A stretch of 64,000 nucleotides of DNA, taken from NCBI RefSeq assembly GCF_009914755.1, contig NC_060930.1, one strand, 5' to 3'. This document shows, piece by piece, positions 14,453 through 31,005 of this stretch. The translations under genes were made by a program, and so were the position numbers. Every line of letters starts with the position of its first letter. The first letter of the stretch is position 1. A model generated the notes under the pieces. That model ran no database searches, was not told the DNA's origin, and worked only from the letters and a program-made list of their open reading frames with translations. The stretch comes from the human T2T-CHM13v2.0 reference genome, Homo sapiens.

Positions 14453-14702
14453 CAGCCTGGGCAATGGAATGAGACCCTGTCTTTACAAAAAATAAATTAA
14501 AAACAAAAAATAAGTGTGGTCGCACAAGTCTGTAGTCCTAGCTACTCAGCAGGCTGAGGCGGGAGGATCACTGGAGCCCAGGAGTTCGACACTACAGTGA
14601 GCTATGATGGCACCACTACCCTCTGGCCTGGGCAACAGAGTGAGACTCTGTTTCTCTCTCTATATATACAAATAAATAAATGAATAAATAAATAAATAAA
14701 AT
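14453..14702 (+). mobile_element. AluJ-type, 5'-truncated, (AAAT)n tail
   Basis: 'ggaggatcactggagcccaggagttcgac..cagtgagctatgat'. Confidence 0.92.
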
Positions 14703-17391
14703 GTAATATGATAACATATAAATATCACGTATACCGACAGTCCTTACTTTATATATTAATGTCTTATTTAACCCTGGACAGCTCTCCTGGGCTCTCTTAG
14801 CCTTCACCACTCAGAACATGGCTATGAATGCCTCAGGCCACACTGGCTAGGTGGAGAGAGCTAGGAATGAGAATTAATGTATATGATTCAGCTTAGTGAT
14901 TTTATCAGATTGATTATCTGGTTTCTCTTAAGTTTACAGATATAGGCAAATATGAAAGGAGATTGAAGACATGACAACCAAGACAAGTAGATAGGACAGA
15001 GGCTGTGGCATCGAGAAGAATTATGAGCTTTTGAGGCATCAGGACGCTACTATGTCGAGGTAATAACTTCACAGAAATGACAATAAGTCTCCAAGAAAAA
15101 AAGTTAAATTATATTCACTATATAGTAGCACTCTACTTAGGAAGGGAGGAAATTTTATAATACATTTTACAATGATTTCTGCCTGAAAATGTTGAGTTTT
15201 CTCCCCTTTCTAACAATGTCAGCATTAATGCATTTAAATAATATTCTGAGTAAATATACTATCTGGAAGCAGTTATTTCAGGAGTCTACAAAATTAAATA
15301 TTTAAATCTTTACTAGAGAAATATGGAAGTAAGAACAAAAGTGAATAATCATTGAGGAACTCTTAAGAATTACGGTTTTGCATTCTCTGTGTAGAGAGGA
15401 ACCTATGATGGGAAAAAATAAATTTCCTTTTTGACCTACTGGTTAGTGCTGTCATAAAGCCCCTCCAGCTTAGGCGACCTGAGAGAATTTTTAAAACCCT
15501 CTTTTCAGAATAGTGGAAAAGGTTTTCTCCCCTTCTCATTTCCAAGAGAAAGGTAGTGTTGACCCTAAAAGCTAAGAGAGGAAAAGACTAGATGTGTGTT
15601 GTGGAATCCTTTCTCGACTCTTCTTTCTCTAATATTCTTGCTATATAAACATGGTAGTTCCATCAGTAAGAGTTTTAAGGAAGCGTTGGCGAGGCTTGCT
15701 CACTCTTTGGGACACCACACTGTCACAATGAGTAGCACCAACACCACCACGTTACAGTGGAAACGCCACAGTGGAGCTAGTAACAGAGTGTTAGTATTAG
15801 CGGGATGAATACACCTGCTGGTGCAATTTAGGTGAATTTCCATAACAGAACATATATTAGTTAATTTTGCTTTAGATTATGAATTGGGAAAATTCCTTAG
15901 CATATTATTAGCATATTATCATATCAGCATAACAACAAGTATTAAGGACACAAAAATTCTAATTACAAGTAAGTTTTTGTCACCAAACTTATAATTTCCA
16001 CTTCTTCAACTATCTGTTTGCTTTTTTACCCTTGGACTTGTCTAAGACTCTACTCAGGCCTTCTCTTCCCTTCAAATCCCAGTTAAGGAGACGCCATTTA
16101 GAATATAGCTATTGATTCATCTTTTTAACAGCACTCTTTTTTTTTTGGTACAAAAATCTCTAGGGCTTTTCTTCTTTCCACTTAAATCCTTTTTCCCACC
16201 CAGTGCTCTCTGAAGAGCTAAGGCTAACTTTTTCCTTTTCTAAAGATCTTTTTTTTCCTATGCTGTTTCCCCATAGTTCCACCCGCCCCTCCCCCACCCT
16301 CTTCATGTCTCATATAAAAACAGCACTCTCACTGGGCTTAATCCCCAAATGTTTTTAATTGACTCATTTGGTGAGGCTCTCCCTAGCTAAATGAACAGTC
16401 TGCCTTTTCAAAGGAACCAAACATTTCTTCCTTCTGAGTATTTTAAACTCTTCTAACAAAGCCAAACATGGATTAAACAGCGTTACATAAGTCTCTTCAC
16501 AGCACCTAAGTTCAAATTAGGAATCAAGTCCCAATAACCAATGGGACATGGATACTGTTTTCACCAATAAATAGCCACCCCATCAAGCTGCCCCATCGAC
16601 TAGGAAGAGGCCCACTCAGGCACCCGGAAGCTTTGCCCCAGAGAGCAGAATGAGGTCCCTTCCTGAAACTATACCACTGCTCTGCAGACATATCTCACCC
16701 ACAGTGCTTTCCTATTGCCAGGAGCACCGGGAGGGAATATTTGCCCATTCTAATCATCCCTTCTAATGGCGCAGCAAGAGATCATGCACAGAGGTGACGG
16801 GGAAAGAAAGAGCAGTGCCACTACTCTGTGGTTAACTTTTCACCTGTATTGTGAATTAACTACACTCATTATTCATTTAAACAGCACCTAAAGAACCTTC
16901 AAGTCTAAACACATCACTCTATCATTAGTGACTGTTGCTGAAGAAGGGCTTCACTGAAATATGATTGTATTAACATGTGAGGAAGCTGAAATGAATTTTC
17001 TTTAGAGCAGCTCATAGTACCAACCACTCCCTGCCCCTCCCATTCTCACTCCCAGTAGCTGGGAGATGATGCTTCATTGTTCTAAGCTTAGACTTAATAC
17101 AACACTGCACTTTTCTTAAACAAATAAACCTTTTGCTAAAGTGGATTAAAACATCTCAACAGCTACGGCACACATGCAGTCATTAAAGACTGTTCAGCAT
17201 ATAGACAGATAATTTCCACAGTATATGGTTTAAGAAGTTAAACAGAAAGTTAACAGAGAAACTGTTCTTGAAGTATGAGAATGATTAAGTGGAAATGTTA
17301 AATTTTCAAGGCAAAGTATTTTTTAAATAACCTCAAAAATTTAAAAAAAAAAAAAAAAGATCTTCACTGAAGCTAAAAAGACATGACCAAT

Positions 17392-17567
17392 GAAGGAAAA
17401 GCATTAAATTAGGAGTCTGGAGTCTGGTTTTCAGCCTCAGCCATCAAACAAACAGGCTGTGTGTTGTAGGAGTGGTCATTTAACCGCACTAAGCCTCAAA
17501 TGTTTCCTCTGTAAAATTAGAACATTAGGTTCAATTAAAGCCATTTAAGCTTTAAAATTCTACGATT
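17392..17567 (+). mobile_element. MIR3/MIRc-like element
   Basis: 'gtcatttaacc..ctaagcctc..tttcctctgtaaaat..aaaattctacgatt'. Confidence 0.55.
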
Positions 17568-19184
17568 GTCCGTCCAATTCAATAAAATAAACTGTATTTA
17601 ATAATACCTGCTTTTTCAACTAAGCTAATTTTTTAAAAGGCAGAAAATCTAACCAGAAAAGAATAAAAAATGTTTAACTTGTACAACATAAACTTTGTCC
17701 AGAAATCAGTATCTGCTCTTCCAAAGAAAAATAGCCTTTTGTTTTCTATTGTTCAGTGTACAGCTTACCACTAAGCAAGGAATAAATGTGGGGCTACAGT
17801 TCATCTGTATGTGCCAGCATGTTACTTTCAAGGGTTCAGTAGCTCCACGGCAGAAAGAAACTTCTCTATTACTCACTATTAAACTGCATTTCAAAACCTA
17901 CAAAAACAGCTCCAAAATTAAGCCAGCAAAATGTTGCTGTCATCCATCTGAACCTGTTAGAAATCTCAAGCTCGTCATAGAATCTTTGACCTCACCATTC
18001 AATGTTTTACAAATTGAGTAACTATGTCCCTGTCATTTACTACTAAAATGACAAAAATAAAAATAAAAGGTAAAGAGAACACTGAAGGTTAGGAGTAGGT
18101 GAGGATGGGAAAAGGGAAGAACAAACATGTCCGGCTGAATTCAGAGCTAGATTCCAAGTGGGTTTCAGGGAGGACTGAAGTCAGAGAACTGCAAATGTTG
18201 TTTCACCATCTGTTTATTCACAGCTTTACCTTTGACTCATCAGAGTGAGGTCTGAAAACTGTTTGTGGGTCATAGTAAAAAGAGTTCTGAAGGACAATGT
18301 GACTTCCAGGGAGAGGTAAGCCAACCTACACTGCATGAGCCAGCAGAGCAGACACTGAAAGGTGATAAGAAGAAAAAGAAGCACTTGTTTTTATTAACGT
18401 AAGACCTCACCAACTTCCTCAGACTTCCCCAAATGAAATGTCAGACTCGCATGATTCTGAGTAAGAATCAACTGTGTCCCTTAGAAGAAAAACATCCCAA
18501 ATTCAGTGATAATCGTGGGCCATTCTTTTTGACCAAATAGATTTTGCTCACGAATATTTTTTTAATGTAAATTTCCCAGTAGGAAGCAACACAGTACAGA
18601 GTTTTAAAAAATAAAATTCTTAATCCGCTCAGGATGAAACACACTACTTAAAATAAACTGAATGACACCTAAAATGATCCGCTGAATGAAAAGAAAAGCT
18701 ATTCCAAGTCACAAAATAAACTATTATTAAGCCATGGAAGCTTACTCTGTATTCTCACTCTCCTTTTCAGTGACATTTTTATGAAACACATGTGGTAGGC
18801 AGTTTGTGCTTTGCAGCAGAGAAAACTCAAATAATGCTTTCCCAATTAAAAAAATCCTGGGGTCTTCCAGGACCGGCCCTTCCTTGTTCTCCTCCATGCT
18901 GGTCAAACTGGCGATCTGGACAGGCTCTTTGGAGCAAGGTGCTCAACTCTTGAAGAATAGTATTGGCAAGGACTTGGGGATGTACTTCTCTGCATCTGGG
19001 GTGCAGAAAAGATAAGAACACAGTCCCTGATTTGCCTCTGCCCCTGTTCTTATGTTTCTGCTGGTGCATATCTTGCTGTGCTCTGCAACCCCCACCAGCC
19101 GACCCCTTACGGCCATTCCTACTCGCTGCCTGACAACATGATCAAAGGAGGGTGGAAGAGGAGAGCCAAGTTTAATAACCTTAC

Positions 19185-19298
19185 CAGGAGATCAGATTGT
19201 CTGGGGCCAAGCAGAAGTCCTGAGATAGCTGCTGAATCCTGGCCATTTACAGAGCAGCACAAAACTAGTCCTGTTCCTTTTCCTGCCGCAGTTGCCAT
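19185..19298 (-). other. Candidate alternative first coding exon (38 codons) of an unidentified minus-strand gene
   Basis: Kozak gccATGg at 19298; exactly 38 codons to donor CTG|gtaagg; CpG-retaining surroundings. Peptide not recognised. Confidence 0.25.
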
Positions 19299-20098
19299 GG
19301 CCGACCCAAACAATATACCCCAGCTTCAGCCTCCTTTGGCTTCCTAACCGCCACCCACAGACCTCCAAACGTGGGCAGGAGGAGGTGAAAACTGCTCACC
19401 GATGGGAATTGAGGAGCTAGGTAGAGGATGGAAAGGGGATCTGGGCTGCAGATCAGCCCGGAGGGTGTAACGTGGTAAGCAGACGTGCTGCTTTTAGCTG
19501 CTAGGCTTTGCTTCTGTGAGTTTTCACCTCATTTCTAAGTGGAAAACAGATCTTAAGAAGAAAAAGAAACCAGCTAAAAACCCAACATGGGACAATTACT
19601 ATCACCTTTAAACTTTGGTTTTAGCACCTTTAAACTCTGGAATGAACCGTGAACCAGCAAAACAAATGGAAAAAAAAAAAACAAAAAGCAGCGACCTCCT
19701 GGGTATGGTAATATCTGAACAGAAGCGAGGTTTGGGAGGGGATGTTGGCATCAGGGTGATAAACCCTAGGAATGGCATACGTGTTGTGACGTTCTGGTTT
19801 AAAACAAGTTCCTATTTGAAGATGCCATTAAAAAAGTTTAGATACAGAAACTACACAAAGAAAGAGACAGAGGAAAAAAGAAGATTACCCTAAAAATAAA
19901 CCACCAATGAATTTTTTATGACACATGTTGAAACTAACAACAGACTAGCCCAGGGAATGGCGCTCAGGCGATGGAGCACCTATGCTCTGGGACAAGCATG
20001 GCCACTGTCCAGCTAAGCAAGCCATTAACCCTTTTGGCCATTCACTTCTTCATCTATAAACGGGGCAGAGAAGGGGAGAAGGAGTAGGCTGTCTTTAA

Positions 20099-22175
<2,077 letters not shown>

Positions 22176-22374
22176 AAATTCCTTTATAACTCTATGTTTC
22201 TCTTTATAACCTCTATGAAAAGTATTGCAACTAGGTTTGAACAAAATCATGTAAACAAAAGACTTGGAGACTAACATCTTAATTTTAACAATGACTATAC
22301 TGGGCTGTGGGGGTAAATGTTTCCTTTCTTTACTCAGTTTAGGAAACTGTGCCTATAATAAATAGTACATCTAT

Positions 22375-22782
<408 letters not shown>

Positions 22783-24149
22783 CTTAAATCTGTATAAGAG
22801 AGCAGGCAAAACACGTCATGGAGCCCACACTGTACGAATGTTTTGGAGGTGCGCACTGAGTTAAAAATAAAAAACATGGAATTTATTTTCATTTCCTATC
22901 TGATTTGGTCTCCAGAGCCTGCTAAGTACAGTTTCCATTTCTACTCGGGTACAAGAGCAATGGCTTATTTGCTGTTTTACGGAGCAGTTCCTTAACTATC
23001 ATTGCCTCTGAACCCCCTTTCCCCCCAAGATTGACTGTCGGTCTACAGAATCAGTTAAGTGCTACAAATCACTACTAACAGCTCCTGCGAGGCGCTCCCT
23101 CTAAGAATCTGTACAGATCAAAATCTCAAGTGCTTACTTGCCCAGGGACTGCCATAATTTGAGGTGTTGCTTCTTTTTAAAGTATAAAAAACAGATGCTC
23201 TAAGCTGATGAAAGTAAATGTCCTTTCAACACATCTCTTCCCCAGCACTTGAAAATCTTACCAACAAGAAGTACTTCCCACACTCCGGTCGGTAATTTCT
23301 GCACTTTTTTACTTTTCCTTTGAAGCCGCAGTGCAATGTGATTCTACACCCGGGGTGAAACAATTCCTTACGGGGAGCCTTTGGAGAGCACCCCAAACAA
23401 GGGGGCTGCTGGAATTCAAGTGTGCTGCCCAAGGAGACTGTCTCCCTACCTCAGAGCTGAAGTGATCAAATGCTTCTTGACAACCTTCACGAGAAGTCTC
23501 AAAGTTACACACACAGGCTTAGTCATTTCCAAACGTCTGCACCAATGTGCAGAACTTTTCCTGCCCTGCTCTCTAAGCACTCAGCGAGGGGGAGGGGGCA
23601 CAGTGCAAAACAGACCAGTGAATCAAGCGACCACACTGTAGCCCTACACCAGTGCTCTGCAGGCCCCCTTGCCTCCTCAGGCCTCACCTCTCTCATCTGT
23701 AATTGCAGAGATTGGACCCAGTGATCCTAAAATCCCTACCCGCTGGAGCATCCTAGAGTCTCTGTGACAGGAATATGACACGATTGCCCACAGCAGTTCA
23801 CACAGAAGCCAAAATCCAGGTAGTGAGCCTATGCTGGGACTTGGGGGAGGGCTAAAGTGAAGGCAGGGATCAGAGGGTGAGCAAAGAAATTAATGATACA
23901 GAATTCCAGACCTACTTCAAACAATAGCCCTACTGTTTTGCTCACCCCACACTAGGTTTTAGGGAAAGAGATATAAGGATACCTCGTCCTCTGTGAGGGG
24001 ACTCAACAGTCACAGACCCAAACTGAATGATGGAGCAGAATAAAATCAAGTAACGTAAACATCCACATAGTCCAATTCTTTCCCTGATCCAGTAAGTCAC
24101 GGAGGCCTTTCCTGAGATCCAGACCTATTTATACAAGTGCAGGCCGGGC

Positions 24150-25075
24150 ACCTTTCCCTGAAGGTCCCACTCAGTTATTCTCTTGGTTCCCCAATCACAG
24201 TGAGTGGTGTCATTTGCCCATTCACTTCCTCAAACCAGACACTACCCCCCTCTCATTCACTTCCAATATCTAATTGCTCATCAAGTCCTCTAAATCCTTG
24301 CTTATTAACATCTCTCCAATCTGCTCATTCTTTCCATTCTGTCACTTCCATTGCCACTCCAAACTCCATGAGAACAAGGGGCCTGTCTGTCCTGGTCCCT
24401 GCAGAAGCCGCAGCACACAGACCTGTGATTAGCATGAAGCAGGTGCTCTGTGGTTCTGGAATTTTCAACATTCCTCTGTCACCTGGATTTCTACAACTGC
24501 TTCCTCTCTGGTCTCCTTGCCCACCACCTGGTCCCTTATCATGCCAAATGCATAGCACTAACAGAATGAAATCACTGAAACACACACCTGACTTTTCACA
24601 TCCCTACAGTCCTTGAATGGGTCTACACTGCATCCAAGATAAAATCCAAGATCTCTGCTTGGCTCACAAGGGCCCTTCCTGATCGAGACCCTGAGCCCCT
24701 CTAGCGGTGTCAGGCCTGCCTCACTATGGACCTACCAAACTGCTTATTGCTCCTTCAGCCCATCCATATAATACTATTTTGCACTTCTTTTGTCTTTCTT
24801 TGCCCAAGCTTGTCTGAACAACTCCTCATTCTGAAAAGCTTGGACTGAAGGACGTGCTCTGCAGGCCTTCTCAGCACCCTTTCCTCCAGTCAACCTGACT
24901 CAGGTATGAAACATACCCTACCATAATGCTTAACAGAGAGCAATGATTAATCTGTTGCCTGCTCCCAGTACTAGAGGTCAAAGACCACATCCTATCTTAT
25001 GCTTTAGCCTCAATACCTAGAGCAGAATTTGGCGCCCAATACGTATGCAAGAAATCTTTGTTGAATTAATGAAGA
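24150..25075 (+). mobile_element. Fragmented L2 LINE
   Basis: Pyrimidine-rich L2 body; 3' end 'cctagagcagaatttggc..aaatctttgttgaattaatgaa'. Confidence 0.65.
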
Positions 25076-25130
25076 ATGGAGAAAGAGAACGAGAGGCAGA
25101 GAGAAAGAAAGAGATCTTAAAGGAAGAGAG

Positions 25131-25428
25131 GGCCGGGCACAGTGGCTTATGCCTGTAATCCCAGCACTTTGGGAGGCCGAGGCAAGTGGATCACGAGGTC
25201 AGGAGTTCAAGACCATCCTGACCAACAAGGTGAAACCCTGTCTCTACTAAAAACACAAAAAAATGGTCCGTGCGTGGTGGTGCACACTTGTAATCCTAGC
25301 TACTCAGGAGACTGAGGCAGGAGAATTGCTTGAACCCAGAGGCGGAAGTTGCAGGGAGCCGAGATTGCACCATTGCGCTCCAGCCTGGGCGACAGAGCAA
25401 GACTCCATCTCAAAAAAAAAAAAAAACA
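25131..25428 (+). mobile_element. Full-length Alu (AluSg/Sc-like)
   Basis: 'ggatcacgaggtcagg' 2-nt deletion; approximate TSD aaaggaaga. Confidence 0.97.
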
Positions 25429-27436
25429 AAAGGAAGAAAGAAAGAGGAACCTGAGAGGGTTAAGTGCTTTATTCAGGGCTAAATAAACCAGACTGGGACA
25501 AGAATTCAGGCCTCCTAACTTTCTCTGATGGATCCTCCTTCTTCCAATCCATCCCATAAATGCTTTTCAAATTTCTCTTCTCTTCACTTTATCACCTCCC
25601 GCTAGACGAGCTTCTACAGTTTTCCTAACAGCTATTGAATCTCTATCATCTCTTTTCAATCCTAGACTTAGATATACAATTTTCTGTCACCCAAATGTCT
25701 CATTGGCAGCTCAAATTCAAAAGATGAAGAAATGAAATAATTACATTTCTAACCACCCTGCCACCAAGAAAAAGAAGTTGTTCCTCCTCAGGAATCTGTA
25801 GGCTCCTCCTCCCCATTCATACAGTCAGCACTTGAGACAGAAATGTGGAAGCTAGCATCTATTTTTTTTAATTACTATTTCTATACTAGGACATATACCA
25901 TGTGTTTTACATGTCTTATTTCATTTAAAATGGCAGAACCAAACCTTGGTAAGAAGTCATGCAAATGGAATTTGGGAGGGAAGAGAATAGGGTAGGAAAA
26001 AATAAAAGAAATCTGATATTTGCCACTCATACTTGGCACCATCAACTTCTCTTTTTCTCAAACTCCTCAAATACAACACCAAATCCTCCCGGTTGTTCCA
26101 CCAGTCCTCCCACTCTACTGCCACTACTCTAACCTGGACCCTCCTAAAGTCTCCTGGACTTCTTCAAGAGTACCTAGATGGTCTCTCTGTCTCAATAACA
26201 CCCCAATGAATTCTATCTTCTACTCTGCCCAGAGAATGAACTTTCTAAAAGTAGAAGTCATTTCCGGTTCCAAGCAAGGTGGGGAAGTTGCACAGGCTAG
26301 AGGTTGATGCAGCTGAGAGTTATTTTCCATGTGATGGGGAATTCTTGCAGGAAAGAAGGTGGTTAAGTCTCAGTAGAGGGAACACTGGGGAAAATAGCAG
26401 ACTGAGAGAGAAGAGGTCCAATGGTTATGAGTGGGGGAGTCATTTGGGGAACTTAAAAATTACTGATAATTTTTAGACATAAAGGAAACTATGTTTATAC
26501 CTAAGTTTATGTTTAAATAAAGGTATAAATGCTACAAGAATAAAATAAAATGTGTTCGGGAAAAAAAATCCGATCTATCCAAAGGAAGAAAGCAAAACAA
26601 AACAAAACAAAAAGTAAAGCCAAGTAGAAAACATTAAATGAAGCTAAAAATCTTAATAAAAATGATTACAGTAAGGATAACTGGGTATAAAGTCACTAAT
26701 CAAATAACAGAGACAAGTACAGAGCTATGCACAATATGTGGTGGGGGGGAAGAATGATGCGTGTAAAATGAACATATACAATGACATTAAAACTAAAAGA
26801 TTTTTAAAAAAGAAAATATAAGCAAAACTAAAAACAAAAACCAGGATAGCACTCTGAATATCAGACAAAATGGAATGTAAGGTTAAAAGCATTATAAATG
26901 ATGGTGAGGGACATCCTAGGCTGGCAAAAGGAACAACCAATAAAGATGATTTTATAATCGTCAACATACATGCATCTAACAAAATGGCACAGAGATATTT
27001 AAAGCAACAACTATGAAGAGAAATAAATAAATAAAAATGTAATTAGCAATTAAGGAAAAAAGGGAAGCTTAAAAATTCCCCACATGTCTGTGAATTAAAA
27101 TGTTTACTACTAGACAATTCCCAGAGGAAATAAAATGGAAATACAAAATACTGAGTTAAGTGACAATAAAAGTATATATCAAAATTTGTACAATGCAATT
27201 AAAACATAAGGGCTCATTGCAAGACCTCGGCTGAAGTCTGAACAGCCTGCAGCTCTTGTAGCCATATTCAGATCAGTAGATTTCTAGACAAGGAGAATTG
27301 CCAGAGTTAAAGGGTCATTTCATAATAATTAAAGGGTGTACTTATTAGGAAGATACATCAATCTTAAAAGTGTGTGTACCTAGGAACAGAAAAAAAAAGA
27401 AGACGTTCAAATCAGTGATATAGAGAAAGGAAAGCA

Positions 27437-27745
27437 AGCCAGGCACGGTGTCTCATGCCTATAATCCTAGCACTTTGGGAGGCCAAGGCAGGTGGAACAC
27501 CTGAGGTCAGGAGTTCAAGACCAGCCTGGCCAACGTGGCGAAACCCTGTCTCTACTAAAAATACAAAAATTAGCTGGGCACGGTGGTGCATGCCTGTAAT
27601 CCCAGCTACTTGGGAGGCTGAGGCAGGAGAATCACTTGAACCCAGGGAACAGAGTTTGCAGTGAGCCAAGATTGTGCCACTGAACTCCAGCCTGGGTGAA
27701 AGAGCGAAACTCTGTCTCAAAAAAAAAAAAGAAAAGAAAAGAAAA
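27437..27745 (+). mobile_element. Full-length AluSx/Sz-like
   Basis: Both arms, A/GAAAA tail, TSD agagaaaggaa. Confidence 0.97.
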
Positions 27746-29271
27746 AGAGAAAGGAAGGAGGAAGGAAAATTAAATCCAAAGTAGGGAAAAAGAAGGAAAT
27801 AATGAGAAGAACAGAAAGCAAACAGTAGTTCATTCTTTGAAGAGCTTAATAAAATTAATTAACATCTAGCAAAACTAATCACAAAAATAAGTAAATGAAA
27901 ACATCATTAAAAATGGAAAAGGGGATATCACTATAAATCCTACAGACACTAAATAGATAAGAAGAAAGTATTACTAAAAACTTTATGTCAATAAATCTCA
28001 CAACTTGGATGAAATAAAAAACTTCTTGAAAAATAGAAAGCATAACTTACCAATAGCAAGAATAAACAGAAAATCTGAAGAGTTGGCTATATGTTAAGAA
28101 ATTGAATTCAGTATCAAAATCCTTGGCACAATGATGATACAACTGTTCTGTATCCTGATTGTGGTGGTAGTTATGCAACTCTACACATGTTAAAATGCAT
28201 AGAATTGTACATCAAAAAAGGGAATATTTTACTTTATAATGTTTTTAAATTAAATTTTAAAAACTTAGAACCTTCACACAAAGAGAACTCCAAGCCCAAA
28301 GATTTCACTGTGGAATTTCATCAATTTTAAGAGGAAAGAAAATCTTACATAAATTCTTTCAGAAAATAGTAAAAAACAGGAGGACTCCACGAATACATTT
28401 TATATAATCAGTAATACTAACACTAACACTAAACCCTAGTAAATATTATATAAAGAAACAAAATTACAGACCAATGTTCTTAATAAACATAGTCGCAAAA
28501 ATACTTAATAAAATGTTAGCCAAAATATCCAGCAATAGGTCAAAATAACACATAATTATAACTGGTTCTTATCCCAGGAACTCAAGTTTGGTTTAACACT
28601 TAAAACCAATCAATATAATTCACCACATAAAGCGGAAAACCATATGACATCTCAACAGAGGCAAAAATGAACTGCACAAAATTCAACACACATTCCCGAT
28701 AAAAACAAACAAACACAAATTCTTAGAAAAAAGAGAATAGAAGGAAACTTCGTCAATCCAATAAAAGGCAAATGAAAAACCTACAGCTAACATCATGATG
28801 AAATAGTGGTGAAATAGTTAATACTTTCCCTGTACGATCAGAAAAAAAGTCCTGGTTATATAAATAATTTGAAAAGGATGATTTAAAAATTACATGTATT
28901 ATATCGAAAAGCATAAAGTACAATTAAATTTTACCAAAGATATGCAATGTCTCTGCAGGAAAAACAGGGAAACATTCCTGGCAGAAATTCATTAAAAAGG
29001 CAGAGAAAGATATACCGTGTTTTTGAATTGAAGTTTCAATATTGTTAAGGTGAATTTTCCTTAAATTTCTCTCTTATGATTCAGTGCAATCTGAACTAAC
29101 TTCTAACAGGCTTTTTTGGGGGGTAGGGGGATTTATATGGAACTCTGAAGGAGATAGAACACCACCAAAATAATCTTGAGGGAAAAAACAAGACAGAGAG
29201 GACTCACGCTCTCTGTTTTCAAGATTTACCATAAAGCTATTTAGTTTTTAATTTTAACATTTATTCATTAT

Positions 29272-29739
<468 letters not shown>

Positions 29740-30218
29740 CATGACAGTATTTTAATCAAGACAATATAGTATTGACCTAAGTACAGACTGCAGATCAGTG
29801 GAACAGAGAGTCTTAAAACACATATAAAACCAAATGATTTTTGACAAAGGTGTGATGGCAATTTCATAAGGAAAAAAAATCACTTCAATAATTGTTGTTT
29901 CATACATTTTAATAAAAACTGAATCTTGACCCCTACACCTCATATCTTAATTTGAAATGGCTCATATACTTAAATGTTAAGGCTAAACTAGAAATCTTCC
30001 AGGAGAAAACAGGAGGATAACATCTTAGCAACCACAGGGTAAGCAAAAATGTTATAAAGACACAAAAAGCATATATCTTAAAAAATGATAAATTAGACTT
30101 CATTAAAATTTAAAGGGGCTCATCAAACACAGTTTAAAAAATGAAAAAGGTAAGCCAAACACTGAGAAAAAATTCATATTTCTGATAAATGACTTAAATC
30201 CAGACTATATAAAGAACT

Positions 30219-30266
30219 CATATATATACACATATATATACACATATATATATACACACATATATG
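30219..30266. repeat. (TA)/(CA) compound microsatellite
   Basis: Direct reading. Confidence 0.85.
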
Positions 30267-30316
30267 TAAGTTCACAAAATAAAAAAAAAAAACCATCTAT
30301 ATCTATATAGATATAG

Positions 30317-30568
30317 GTTGTTTGTTTTGCGACACGTCATTCTGTTGCCCAGGCTGGAAGTGCAGTGGCACCATCATGACTCACTGCAGGCTTGACCCCT
30401 CCCAGGCTCAAGTGATCCTCCCACCTCAGCCTCCTGAGTATCTGGGATTACAGGTGCGTGCCACTGCTGCCGCCTAGTTTTTGTATTTTTAATAGAGACA
30501 GGGTTTCACCATGTTGCCCAGGCTGATCTCGAACTTCTAGACTCAAGCAATATGCCTGCCTTGGCCTC
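30317..30568 (-). mobile_element. AluJ-type, truncated
   Basis: 'ccaggctcaagtgatcctcccacctcagcctcc'. Confidence 0.9.
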
Positions 30569-30915
30569 TGGCTAGCATTTTTTAAATTAACTGTTGCTAC
30601 CTGCAACAATACAGATGATCTCAAAAATGATATGCTGAACAAAAGAAAGCAGATACGAAAAAGTACTGACTGAATGATTCCATTTGTATGAAGCTCAAGA
30701 ACAAACAAAATTCAATTACAGTGACAGAAATCAAAGCAGTGGTTGATGACGGGGAGGTGGAAAGTTGACAGGAAGGGGGCAGAGGGGCTCTGGGGTGATG
30801 GAAATGTCCCATATCTTGATTAGGATGCTGATTATGTGGATGTATGCATTCATCAAAACTCATTGCGCTGTACGCTTAAGATGTGTTGATTTCACTGTAT
30901 GTTCTCCCTAAATAG

Positions 30916-31005
30916 AAACTAATTTATTAGTGAAAAGAAAGATGTACTTTCTTTTCACTATTAATAATAAACTAATTTATTAGTGAAAAGAAAGATGTAC
31001 TTTCT
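30916..31005. repeat. Perfect 37-bp direct duplication with 16-nt spacer
   Basis: aaactaatttattagtgaaaagaaagatgtactttct at 30916-30952 and 30969-31005. Confidence 0.97.

Noticed and set aside
15650-15960. CpG-retaining segment that might be a DNA-transposon remnant or conserved element
   Set aside because: Could not identify TIRs, a TSD or a family match from memory.
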